From Eledone cirrhosa (taxonomy: Eukaryota): a DNA stretch of 64,000 nt. Positions within the stretch are counted from its first letter, which is position 1; each line of letters starts with the position of its first letter. Location: the NCBI GenBank assembly GCA_964016885.1, contig OZ024742.1, positions 272,490,001 through 272,554,000 on the forward strand, in the 5' to 3' direction. Both the position numbers and the translations under genes were made by a program. The notes beneath the pieces are model-generated. The model ran no database searches and was not told the DNA's origin. It was given only the letters and a program-made list of their open reading frames with translations. Shown in pieces: positions 42,860 through 58,384 of the stretch.

Positions 42860-44300
42860 ATAAGAACAAAAGATGGTTAAAGGAGTTCCATGCATTTTAT
42901 TATGCGCATTTCAAAAACAAACATCATCATGCAATAATATTTGTGTTTTCATCAGATAAAACAGGAGGACATGATATGAAGGCTAAAAAACACTTGTGGA
43001 TAGTGCAGTTTTAAATCAACATATGAGAAGTAGTTTTAGATTGATGTGTGATATTGGGAAACATATTTTATTTAGAGGGGGGGGGGGATGAAAAAAAGAG
43101 GAGGAGATGAGAGTGAAGGTGAGATGAGAGGGAGGAATATAATGAGGAAGGATGAGATAGGAGGAGAGATGGGTGATAGAGAAAGAGAGATAGTTTTTAT
43201 AACTGAGAAAGATATATTGTTTTACATAGAGAGGTTGAAAACCGTTGGAAGATAATGTATAAATTAAAAGAATTTGAAAATTAACGAAGGGAAAAATATG
43301 TGCGACCAAGGAGAGGGAGTTAATATGTATTTAGAATAATGAGTTTGGTGATAGAGAGAATAAAATAATGAATTGCGAATGAATATTCTAACGTCAAAAA
43401 AAAGTGTGTATGTTTTCTAGTATTATGGAAATTTGAAAATTAACGAAGAGAAAAAAAATTAAGGTTTGTGTATTGAAGGATTTGAGAAAAATAATGTGAA
43501 GTTAAGGTTTGTATATTGAAGGAATTGATAATATGTGCGAAGAAAGAGTTAATTTGTATTGAGAATGAGTTAGATGATAGGGAGAAAAAAATGAATTAAG
43601 GATGAATAATCTGGCGTCAAAACAAATGTATATGTTACGAAGGATTTTACAAGGTGAAAATAGAGCAAGGGTAATGAGTAAACCAGTATTATAGAGTGTA
43701 TAATACCCTTTGAAATAAGGTAGGAAGATGGGTATATTTTAAAAGAGGTGTATGTATATGTGCCTTTGAGAAAAAGATTCTAAATTAATAAAGAATTGAA
43801 TATTAGCTGTATACTTTGTGAAATGTTTTATGGAATTTATGTAAGCAGATAGAAAACAAATCAGTTCGTCTATTTATTATAGAATCTAGATTAGAGATAA
43901 TGGTAAATTTTTCATTTAGGCAGAGATTGCAGATTTTAGATAGAGAGCTGTTCAAGTTGAAAGACGCAGAAGAAACCCTCTTCCAAAAGATGGTATATTT
44001 AATATTTTTGTCTTTCAAGGACCATATGAGTTCTGAGAGAGCCGTGTTGGTTCTTTTAAGTTTGTATTTAAAAGATGAATGATGATTATAGAGACGAGCT
44101 TTAAAAGAGGTGGAAGTGGAGCCAAAATAGGTGAAGGAATTGGTGTTAGTTATAACTTTACATTCATAAATTAAGTTTTTATAAAGACAATTTTTGTTGA
44201 GAGGACATTTATTTTTAATAGGGCACTTGCAATTGCAATTAGAGAGATTATTAATGAGTGACCTAGTGTTATCTATAGAAGGAATTGGATTGGAGAAGTT
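42860..44300 (-). mobile_element. Penelope-like 3' half: GIY-YIG domain with open frame, 3' UTR and HHR
   Basis: CNCKCPIKNKCPLNKNCLYKNLIYECKV..YFGSTSTSFKARLYNHHSSF..CNLCLNEK (43803-44300). Confidence 0.85.
42894..42962 (-). ncRNA. Type I hammerhead ribozyme, intact canonical core
   Basis: Minus strand: GTTTTAT CTGATGA AAAcACAAATATTAT tgc ATGATGATGTTTGT TTTT GAA ATGCGCAT A ATAAAAT. Confidence 0.85.
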
Positions 44301-44500
44301 GTTATATATGTATATATAACGAAGGAAATGTGGAAAGGAACCAGGTGGACCATAACGCACCAAAGTACTCAATACTTAGGGTAGTAGAGTGGGTAATAGG
44401 AACGAGTAGGACTCCGACGGCTAATTCTGGATGCAGAATTCTGAGTCCAGAATTAGCCGTCGAAACGGCTTGAGCTCAATCGTCGGGTTCCTACTCGTTC

Positions 44501-44549
<49 letters not shown>

Positions 44550-44552
<3 letters not shown>

Positions 44553-46660
44553 GAAAATAGGGAGAAAAAGACGACTACTAGGAAGAAATATTTTTTTTCC
44601 CTTTTATCTTTTTATTTTTTTCTGGGTTAGAAAATGTTTAAAACAAAATATTTTACTTTGTGCGAAGTGTTAAGGTATTAGTTCTACACTTCAACAACAA
44701 CACAACTTCCGTAGTCATTTTTTGCACACATACACAGGGTAACAAGATGACACAAAGCACATAGGTGACACAAAATTTAATAACAATCATTAATTTAGCC
44801 TCTAAAGAATTAACAACAGACCAAATCAACATACTCTCCAATGTCTGAAATTTACACCAACTCCCAAACGACCAAACTACCCCGAAATGAAGGAAGATAT
44901 TGCAGAATTCAGTAGAAAACTAAGACTTAGCGAGAAACTATACGATAAATACAATGAGAATGACTCAACAGCCAGAAATAGATGCAACTACACCCCATCA
45001 AAAGGCAAGAACAAATTCCTTGATCAATTCTGTGAACACATTACTAATTTACAGCCATGAACAACTCCCTTTCCTCGACATCCTCATCAAGAAAAAAAAA
45101 CAATGTATAAAGAGACATATACTACAAACCCACAGACTCAAAACAATATCTTCTATTCAACTCGCGCCACCCTCGCCATACCAAAATGGCAATTCTTTCT
45201 AACCTAGCCAGAAGGATCTGCACAATAGTTTCAGATAAATACACATGCTACACACGACTAGAAGAATTAAAGAACAGATTTATCAGTAGTGGTTACCAAC
45301 GTGCCATAAAACTCAACATCCAGGAACTCAGACACCGCAAACCCATGATTGAACCGCAACAGAAAACTCTACCATACATCTCCACATCTCCACACACAAA
45401 CCCCTCAACAATAAGGCATTCGACACAATCCTCCAGAACAATCCTTTACTAAAAAGAGACCCACGATTGAACAAAATCCACCAAATCCCCAACATCATAA
45501 GGTGCAAAAGACAACCTAAATCCATAAAAAGCACAAGCCAAAATCCAACCAACCCTTACAATGAACCCTACAGTATAAAAATGCGGAAGACCTAACTGTG
45601 GCATATGCATGTACATCTAATAGAAGGTACAACATTCCATTTTAAACAAGGATATTTGACAGTTAAACAACTTTCATTGTGCATCTGAAAACCTAATCTC
45701 TGTTTTGACCTACTCAGGTTGTCAAGAGCACTACATAGGACAGACAAAAGACAGCCTCCGACAACGTATGACCATCCAAAGATCACAAATCAAACTAGGC
45801 AAATACAGAAAGATTGCTTTTAGTGAACATATCGCCATTGTACACCTAACCAACATCCAATCTTTAAAATTTTCCACATTTACAACTTTATAGACAACGC
45901 TTCTTTCATCCATCGTACCAATAAGGAAACGTACTTCATTAACAAATTCCAACTTCTACTTAATGGACTAAACTTCGGATTAAACTAAAACTGGAACGAA
46001 CAATGAACCAAAACCAAATCCCTATGTTCTCTAAAAATTTACCTCCCTAACACCTTACCTAATCCTTTTTCTTATATTAATGAATTACTCCATCTCATTT
46101 CTCTCTCCCCCCCCTACCTGACCACCCTGAATTACCTCCCCCTGCATATTAACTCTCTAAAAAGGGAAATCATATCAAACCCTAGACTACCTTTTGCCTC
46201 CAGAAAGGATCAACTAAGCACTCTTGTCATAATAACACATCTTGAACTGCTTATCTTCAAGAACTATGCCTGTAAATAATTTTTTTTTCTTTCCCATTAT
46301 CTTATGATGTTCCACATTACCACCTTTTTTTCTTTTTTCTTTTCACTTCAAAAACCTTGTTTGTAAATAACATTATTCTTTCTTCACCATTTCCTTAACA
46401 TGTTCAACATCACCACCATTTTACACCAATACAAATTCCCCTCCTTTGATAATGCATAAAATGCTGAAACGGTTATTGACAATTATTAAATATATAAATA
46501 AATAAATAAATGCCATTGTTAATTAATAAATAAATTAACTAATAACTTAACAGTTCACACAAATTAAAATATTGTATTTTAAACATTTTGTAACCCAGAA
46601 AAAAAGGGAAAACATATATTTTTATTCTTAATAATCGTCTTTTTCTCCCTATTTTCATAT
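44550..46660 (+). mobile_element. Internally deleted Penelope-like element with ~100-bp inverted ends (44550-44655 versus 46560-46660)
   Basis: N-terminal IINLAS..LKFTPTP jumps to LPFLDILI..YYKPTD and then GIY-YIG (TYSGCQEHYIGQTKDSLRQRMT..FSEHIA). U3-A8 HHR-like core TTGATAA T GCAT aaa ATGC T GAAAC G GT T at 46446-46474. Confidence 0.8.
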
Positions 46661-47029
46661 ATATATGTATATATGACGAGGGTCATATTGTTTTTAATAA
46701 TATTGCCAGAAATAACAACTGAATACGCTCACTGCTTGGTTGGTTTTAGCTTCTGCATCTTTTATATTTACATAGTTATTTTATTTGGCAATCAATGTTT
46801 ATCATTGACAGACCAACGGTTAAAAATACTGATATAAATATATATATGTAGTCTAACAAAGTTCTTTATTTGCACATGTGCAACATCATCAGTGGAACTA
46901 TTATAATGTTTCATCCTATTGTGTTGTATTGTAGTGTTTAGGCCATTTTTATTTTATTTATTTATTTATTTTTCTCTCCTTTTCTGCGCATGCGTTTGAG
47001 TGTGTGTATAAGGTTTGTTATTTACATTA

Positions 47030-49110
<2,081 letters not shown>

Positions 49111-49520
49111 ATGTATATATATATATATATATATATCAACTAGAAATTGATTGACACATATATATATCTAAAATAAACATATGAAACAATCACAGGGAAT
49201 CATTTGTAAAAGTGTGTAAGCACACATAATTCAAGTTTAACTAGAACTTTAAAAATAGATACCTTATAAATGGATTAATCTTCCTTGTATATATTTCATT
49301 AAAGAAATATATTTCACATCAATCTTTCAGTAAACTACAGTAGCCAAAAGCGGATTATCAACAAGGGAGAAGACTTAACTATTTGTGTTTACACAGCAAA
49401 TCCAAATCTTCGAATGACTAGCAGCACGTGTTGCACTTATCAAAAATACACACAATGTACCAGCTTCATCCCAGTGGTGTGAATAGGGTTATCGACCACT
49501 ATAAATACCAGTCGAGTCCT

Positions 49521-49561
<41 letters not shown>

Positions 49562-50289
49562 TAATTTTTGTGTGTGTGTATGTATGTAAACGGTAAACAG
49601 AAATAACACAATCGGTACAGTATATGGAAGGGATATATCAGGTTAACGCTTGATATAGCAGGAAGGGGGTCTTAACGTTTCGGACGCTAGTCCTTCATAA
49701 AAAGAAATAATAGGGCATAAAATAGATTGAGGGAACGGGCGGTTTGGATTTGGAAACAAATGTCTTTAGATAAAAATAACAGGTTCATTCCTGTTGACGT
49801 CTCATGCACAACTGTTGGTGTTGGCGTTTTGTGTATGATTTATCTTTTTAGAGAAGTGGATGATGGAGCGCATCTACCTGAAATGAAAATAAAAATGGAG
49901 TGGAAAAGATGGGAAAGACCACCTACATTACTTCTTCTCGCAGAGGAAGGATGGTTCCACCATCCCTTTTCACTTGATCGTCTGGTGAAGGGACCGTTGA
50001 ATCGCCCCTTCGGCTGCTCGTCGGCTCTTCTGTGTGTATATCCGAATATACCCTCCGGTTGAGTGTCCCTCCTAGGTCTCTGAAATCACCAACTGCGTTG
50101 GGGAATTTCGTTTTAATGTTTGTGTATTGTTTCTGTGCTATTTTTACCAGTCTTATGTCCGTTGCTGTTTTGATTGGTGCTGGTATTATGGTTGCTCTCG
50201 CAGTACCCGGTCTACCATACCACGTATGCGGTTCAGGATCATCAGACAATAGACCTTCCCTGGTATGGAGAGAAGAGTCACTCCCCTCC

Positions 50290-50700
50290 AGTTGTCACCT
50301 TAAGACCAGCCAAGAGAAGAAGTTGGACGTATTCGATTCCAGGTGTCTGCGAAAGATCCTGGGGATTAAATGGAGTAACCATGTAACAAACCAGGAAGTC
50401 AGGAACCGCACCAACCAGCAGCTAGTCTCTTCTGCCATCTGCAAGCGACGCCTGGGCTGGTTGGGCACGCTTTGAGACTTCCCCCGGAGAGACTGGCGAA
50501 CGAAGTACTTAAATGGAACCCACAGGGAAGCGGACGGAGAGGGCGACCCAAAATGAACTGGCGCCAGATAGTTGAGAGGAACCTGCGAGCGACAAACAGA
50601 CAATGACGGGACGCTGTGCAACTGGCTGCTGACCGAACGCGGTGGAACACTATGATTGCCTCATGCGTCGCAAGACGCGGGAGCTTCCGAGTCTGAGTCT
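50290..50700 (+). mobile_element. RTE-type LINE 3' fragment
   Basis: KLDVFDSRCLRKILGIKWSNHVTNQEVRNRT..RRLGWLG; ends in short GAGTCT repeats. Confidence 0.75.
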
Positions 50701-52020
50701 GGTATTATGTAGTCCTGCTGTGAAATGTCTGTGTGTTCAATTATGTAAGTCATTAATTTCTTGTTGTGTGTATTTATTGCTGTGCATTTGTTTTTCTGGG
50801 GGTGGGGTGTGGTTCTGCTATTTTCTCGTCGTTGTTGCTGGGTGTGTGTGTTTTGTTGTGTTTGCGATGTTGGTGTTTGTGGTGGTGGTGTTGAAGGTGT
50901 TGTTGTTGTTGGCGGTGGGGTTGCCGCCGGTGGTTATGGTGGTGCTAGTGTGGGTGGTGATGGTGTGGGTGGTGTTGCTGCTGTAAATCTTTTTCGTTTC
51001 TTTCCTCCCTTTTCGAAGGCGACGGTGCGCTGCTTCTGCGTTTGTGCCTTCTTGCGACCTTTTGCCATCCCTCTCCAACCTCACACTCTATGTCCGATTC
51101 TGTGAGGTCGGGGAGGGGTACCAGCTCCACTCTTTCACTTGTTGTTGTTGGTGATGTTTGCAGTGGAGTCTCTGCTGCAGCTGCAGTTGGTATTGCTGTT
51201 GTTGTTGTTAATACTTCCACTGCTGCTGCTGTTCTTGATTTCCGTGGCGTGGGTATGGGTGCCAGGGACCTATCCTTCCTGGTTGCCGCCTGTCCTGTTG
51301 CTGGTAGCAGTGGAGCCGGTTTCGGAAGGAGGGGCGTTTTCTCCTTTCTCATGGTGTTCTCATTGCAGAAGGCCCTGAGGTGAGTCGTCGATCCACAGAG
51401 GAAGTATTTCGTGCGTTTGCCCTCAACACTCATGGGCAGTTGAGTGCCGTTATCGAAGTCTATCACATCCGGGATAGCTTCGATGCACCCCTGGTGGGTT
51501 TGGATTAACATCTCAATGGAGGTGCCGACCCAATCTTCTCGTGCTTTTTTCTGTACTTGCAGTACAGTTGTTTTGTCCTCGATTCCGACGAGGACAGACG
51601 CGGCCAGGCAAGAAGGGTCCATCCCGGGGGGGGGGGGGAGTTTGACCCTCACAATCTTTTGTCCGCAGTAGGAGGGGACCAACACCATTTCCTCGATTCT
51701 TAGGGTCACTAAGGATTGAGCCTTTGCCTCCTGATGTGTGGCAAAAAGCACGTCCACGGTGGCATATTTCTTGCCTCGGGTGATATACGTTTTCCGCTGC
51801 CACACAGACCCTAAGGCTTTTTGTTTTTAAGCCTCTGTGGCCCTTTCAACCCTACGTATTTTGTGCTTACTGTACGGTACGTGACCGTACAGTGCTGTTG
51901 GGTTCGAACATTTTTTCGGCTGCCTTGCAGATTGCTCGGTGTCCGGTTTTCTATTTTTGCTTTTTTGTTTGCAGCTTGAAAGCGTGTCATTTACCCCGCC
52001 GTTTTATCTGAAAGACGCTC
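50700..52020 (-). pseudogene. Tx1/L1-type ORF1 remnant, homologous to 2630-3300
   Basis: ORF 50945-51805 has PSYCGQKIVRVKL and VEGKRTKYFLCGSTTHLRAFC (degenerate zinc knuckle), matching PTYLGKRTQKIRI and VEGRKPH..RCNSTAHLKASC in the first element. Confidence 0.7.
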
Positions 52021-53732
52021 ACTTTATCTTACTCAATACTAACTGAAATGTATTCCAGAAACTGTGCATACTCATACAGATTTAGAAGTGTAGTGGCAAT
52101 AATTAAATAAATTAATCTGGAATATCATTACGGTCTGAGTTCAAATCCCATCTAGGTTACCTTTGTCTTTCATCCTTATGGGGTCGATAAAATAAAGTAC
52201 CAGTAATGCACCTGGTAATTGGTGGCCTTGTGCCAAATGTAGAAACAATTATTAATATATATATATATATATTAATAATTGTTTATATATATATATATAT
52301 ATATGACACACACAGAAACAAAATGGCGTAGTACAGAACAAAGGAGAGACACAAAAACAAAGAAAAGAATCCCCAGTCACTGAAGAGGTCACAGAATGTG
52401 TGACGAAAGAACCTTGACGATATATAAACAACTATCTGGTTGTGGAACCAACCAACCAACCAGAAATTTATAAATTCCTAAATTTATAAATTTATGATAA
52501 TAAATTGAAGTGAAAGAATCTGGTGCGTGTGTTTCTTATTGGCAACATGACCCTCCCAAAGTATAACAATATCGGTTTCTACACACGATTTCAGATAAAG
52601 AATCTTGCTAAACAAATTCAGAAACGAAATATATATATATTAAAATAACATATTAAATGTTAAGCAAAGAATTGGTACTTTCACCCTTAACGGGAACTTC
52701 TGAAATTAAAAATAATCTGTGAACGCAGAAGTAATTATTTCGAATAAGGTTGCAACTGAAGGATATCGGACGACGATACTCTTGTTCGTTAAGACGTTCC
52801 TTGGCAATGATCGAAAAAAAGCGAAGATAATACGTCGTTATGTGGAACGTTGAGAACAATTACACGTAAAGACAAAAGAATGTTTATGGTATAAAGGAAG
52901 TCGTAGACTAATATTCTATTGAGGAAACCGAATGATTCTCGGCTACAGAGATAAGAATGTAGCCCTCTTTGGATTTTAGTCTTCAGATTTGTACATGGGG
53001 AGAGAGGAAAACAGTTTTATCTAGATACATATAATGGAAAATAAGGTCAATCTCCATGCTAACCATTTCATTATGTATTAACTATTAGGTTCATTCTACA
53101 CTGGTAAAATTATAACTTATTTCACTATGTGAAGAATTTCAAAAATGCCGTTGATTTATTTATATGATAAATAATATCGTCTCTGTACATCTCGGATACG
53201 TTTCTTTATACGAAAGATTTCGATTATGTTAAATACTTCATTCCTTAAAATTGTAAGACATCTTGACAAGGATAATAATTTCATCAACAATGTCTATTCA
53301 ATGGCATTCTCTTAGGGAAAGTTAGTGCGTTTTGTTTACAAATGTTTTCTATCAAATAAATATATGCTATACTGTACTTCATTCGAAACTGTATAGAACG
53401 GTATTGCATATTTTTTTTTTACATGTCACATTATATATTGTTTCAATAAATATCATCATTCGGTAAATATTACTAACATATTTGGTACATTTATGAAGTT
53501 TGTCCACTTACTTGAGAAATGCTGAATATCAAATTATAAAAATATTGGTGCACAGATACAATTCATCATATCACATGTAAGGAGTCACTGAAAATCTGAA
53601 GTGCTTTGAAGAATATATATTTAACAGGTTTACTTATTTATCAGGGGAATTAATCAAGAAACAAACTGGTCACGTTTAACACATATATAAACAAATAAAA
53701 CAGGCAGCCATAAATATTCACACACACACACC

Positions 53733-53770
<38 letters not shown>

Positions 53771-53888
53771 ACATGGTTCTTTCGCTTGGTGGCTTTCTGT
53801 AATAGAAGTTATCGCTGAAGCTATAATAAATAAGGGTTAAAACATTGAGATGATAAGCATTCTATAGAACAGATATACGATATCCGAT

Positions 53889-54333
<445 letters not shown>

Positions 54334-54540
54334 TCCAGCTCTGTGCACCTAACTTATGCATGAACCCAGCCACCTAGCTGCTTTCTACTGCATATTGCAC
54401 ATTGAGCACATGCCTTTACGCTTTGGCTTCTAACTAATTCACCAATCTCTCCTCTCCTATCTCCTCTCCTATCTCCATCACTCTCTTTAAGATTGGTTAC
54501 GCTTGAACTGTGTGTATATATATGTATATATATATATATA

Positions 54541-54719
<179 letters not shown>

Positions 54720-54749
54720 GTAAGTACATATGTATGTATATATATAATT

Positions 54750-55855
54750 AATTTTGATTTATTTTGAAAAATTGGTTGAATTTTACTTGTTCTGCTTATC
54801 TCGATATTAAGTTCTGGTATATCAAATTATTACCATAGAACCACCTTAAATCATAGACACACTATATATTTCCGGGGGTACATTGTACCCTCAGATATAT
54901 ATTAACCTTATTCATTAATCTCCAGTATGTAGAGATAAAAATCTGTCGTTCTATTTAGTTACAAAAAATATTTTTTTTACTGGCGATTATAGACGGCGAG
55001 TCTACGATTTCCCGCCTTCACTATACACCAATGTATTTACGGGTCACTTTCACGACCTTTTAGACCTGTATTAGTTGGAGTGAGGTCATATATTTTGTCG
55101 TTCCTGGGGTTTTTAACCCTAGGACAGGAAAATGCTTCTCTGATGATCGTTGCTTTTCCATTAATATCCTCGTGATATTTAATGTTTTGCCCGTGAAACT
55201 GTACAGTTAGGGCCATTTGAATAGGTAAATATTTATATTATATTTTTTTTAATTTTGATTGATTTTAATTGTATATTAATTTTGATTTATTTTGAAAAAT
55301 TGGTTGAATTTTACTTGTTCTGCTTATCTCGATATTAAGTTCTGGTATATCAAATTATTACCATAGAACCACCTCAAATCATAGACACACTATATATTTC
55401 CGGGGGTACATTGTACCCTCAGATATATATTAACCTTATTCAATAATCTCCAGTATGTAGAGATAAAAATCTGTCGTTCTATTTAGTTACTAAAAATCCT
55501 TTTTTTAGTGGCGATTATAGACGGCGAGTCTACGATTTCCCGCCTTCACTATACACCAATGTATTTACGGGTCACTTTCACGACCATTTAGACCTGTATT
55601 AGTTGGAGTGAGGTCATATATTTTGTCGTTCCTGGGGTTTTTAAGCCTAGGACAGGAAAATGCTTCTCTGATGATCGTTGCTTTTCCATTAATATCCTCG
55701 TGATATTTAATGTTTTGCACCGTGAAACTGTACAGTTAGGGCCATTTGAATAGGTAAATATTTATATTATATTTTTTAATTTTGATTGATTTTAATTGTA
55801 TATTAATTTTGATTTATTTTGAAAAATTGGTTGAATTTTACTTGTTCTGCTTATC

Positions 55856-55860
<5 letters not shown>
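54750..55860 (+). mobile_element. Non-coding tandem repeat, ~528-bp unit x 2.1, one hammerhead ribozyme per unit (retrozyme-like or tandem pLTR), flanked by (TA)n
   Basis: Units start at ~54751, ~55279 and ~55806 and are near-identical; HHRs at 55131-55217 and 55659-55746. Confidence 0.85.
55131..55217 (+). ncRNA. Type I hammerhead ribozyme (second copy 55659-55746)
   Basis: AATGcTTCT CTGATGA T CG ttGC..CATTAATATC ctcgt GATATTTAATG..GC c CG T GAA ACTGTACAGT T AGGG c CATT. Confidence 0.8.
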
Positions 55861-55946
<86 letters not shown>

Positions 55947-56196
55947 GGATCGGTTTTTGTGTTTTGATATATATTTTTTATGTCACTGTTTTGCAATATA
56001 TAAGTATAAAGAATCAAAGCCTATCTGGGTTTTCTTTTTGTGTTCTCTTTTGTATGTTAATATGATATCATAATTGCAAACCCTGAAAATATTAACAATT
56101 TCCTTTTACCTCTGTAAACATATAGAAACATTATAACATGCTGTTACACTTCCAGATATCAGGTCGTGTTTGTCGCTTTTTCTTATTTATTAATAA

Positions 56197-57045
56197 CTAG
56201 CTGAGCTACCCAGTCACTCATGGGTATTTTATTAATGTTGCAATATATGTAGCAAATAGTACAAAATATTTGACCGTTGAAGTTTGATTGCTGAATTTTA
56301 ACTAAAGTAGGAATAATAGCAGAATATGTGTTGCCGTTTGCAAATCATGTAGATAAAGATATCACTAGTTTTTTTCCCAGGGGTGATTTTCTGAATACTG
56401 CTCCCTATTACGGTCAGCATATATGATGCTTCACACTTGGTAGAATTATTAGGCATGTTGTCAGTGAAAAGGGCATGACCAAAACATAAATTAAATTTGT
56501 TTTCTATGTATCTTTTTCTATTTTTTTTTTTACAGAATCTAAACCTCTGATATGTTAATATATGCACATTTGACAACTATTTCAATCACACGAAGTCCTC
56601 ACTTATACTACATTATATCGCAGAGGTACCCAAGAATGCCTGCATATTCTTCCAAAGTAACACCATGCAGTAAAGTTGAAACGTCACAATTCCTGGGAAA
56701 CTACATGACTAAGGAATTAGAATCTGTCTGTATTGCCATTGAATGAGGAAATACGATATTGTTCATTTCAAAGCCTTTGGATAATCAACATTCTTGGTTT
56801 TTTCCTGTCGTGCTACAATGAAGAGACAATCGGGGTTTCCAACCATTATTGTACCAACATAGACTAGACAAGTGAAAAGACAGGAACGGGCAGGTTCAAT
56901 CCAATGACTTTCAATGAGAGCCCTTGAGATTTATTTCTGGCAATTGCAACACTGATTCTGATAAGAAATTGAACTCCTTAAAATTCAAATGGCAAAGCAG
57001 TTTGCTTCAGAGGTATTCTGGGAATGAATCGATTGGGTATATATA
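56197..57045 (-). mobile_element. Helitron 3' end with PIF1-helicase C-terminal remnant
   Basis: Minus strand ~57030-56800 reads FIPRIPLKQTALPFEF*GVQFLIRISVAIARNKSQGLSLKVIGLNLPVPVFS (PIF1 motif V region). Terminal hairpin TACCCA..TGGGTA plus CTAG at 56197-56226. Confidence 0.8.
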
Positions 57046-57762
57046 TGAACATGAACAATTTCTGCGTGTGTGTACGTAGGCATTTTATGCACGTGCGTTA
57101 GTATGTGTGTGATCGTATATATGTGGATATATTTGATTATTTACATCGTTATTTTTGTTTTTGTTTACTTTATAAAGTTATTTCTTGTCATTCTCGGGAT
57201 ACGTGCATCAGTTGGATCCTAAACCCGTGATTGGTCATTCTATATGCATGGTTGTGTCTGGCTGTCTCCATCCAAAGATTTGATGTGATTTGTGTTGTGT
57301 TACATTGGTATGAGGATCAGGTAGACTAGGTGTCTGGCCTGGAATGATGACATCTAGATCACCAGCCGGCTGCCTGGGAAACATTTGTAACCGGTTTGAG
57401 CAATGAATCTCATGTTTAACACCTTCACTTATTTATTTTGATATTGAGTAGTTGAAAGACCGTGTAAGATGTAAATTTGTTTTTGAATGTATCGACTTCT
57501 CCTCCATTTATTCTGTTTATATATATATAAGAATCCATTGATCTTACACAAGCTTCTACATAACTTGGTATAATTTCACCCACCATGTAGAAATATTATA
57601 ATGAAACGATTCGTTTTGGAAATGAGTTATTTAATATATCTCATAACAAATAATACAGCCAGTTATCCACACAATACAATATAGTTAGCACCCCAAACGT
57701 TTAACTGGGAATATACTCCGGTATTTCCTAATGTTTGTTGAGTGAGTTGGAAATTTGACAGA

Positions 57763-57895
<133 letters not shown>

Positions 57896-58175
57896 AAAAG
57901 ACGTAAAAAAAGAGAATTTAAAAAATTTTTTTTTAAAAATTAACTTACTTACTTAAATTTTCACTCCAACTAATTAGTTTCTGCAATGGGATAAAGACAG
58001 TTGCGTAATGAACTGTTGAGAATTTCATTGCGTCATCAGGCAATGGAGTTCTCAACAGTTCATTACGCAACTGTCTTTATCCCATTGCAGAAACTAATTA
58101 GTTGGAGTGAAAATTTAAGTAAGTAAGTTAATTTTTAAAAAAATTTTTTTTAATTTTCTTATTATACGTCTTTTA
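57896..58175. repeat. Near-perfect fold-back palindrome (~135-bp arms) centred on an HHR core
   Basis: Arms 57896-58031 and 58040-58175; the loop GTCATCAG contains the reverse complement of CTGATGA. Confidence 0.9.
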
Positions 58176-58276
58176 TATTATTGTTCTGCATCCTCCTGCA
58201 TTGAACCACCTAGGTACTATGACATAACCTGTGTATTTGATGGCATTAGCGTACATCTGTGCGCTTTTGTTAGTAG

Positions 58277-58317
<41 letters not shown>

Positions 58318-58318
58318 A

Positions 58319-58355
<37 letters not shown>

Positions 58356-58384
58356 TGTGTGTGTGTCTGTGTGTGTGTCTGTGT

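Noticed and set aside
53808-53860. ttatcg CTGAAG ctat..AAAAC..gataag, HHR-like spacing
   Set aside because: A9 and G12 are missing and there is no homolog in the window to support a consensus.
54750-55860. CRISPR array or prokaryotic system interpretation of the tandem and palindromic repeats
   Set aside because: Eukaryotic TE context, no short repeat with unique spacer periodicity, and no cas-like or operon-like ORFs.
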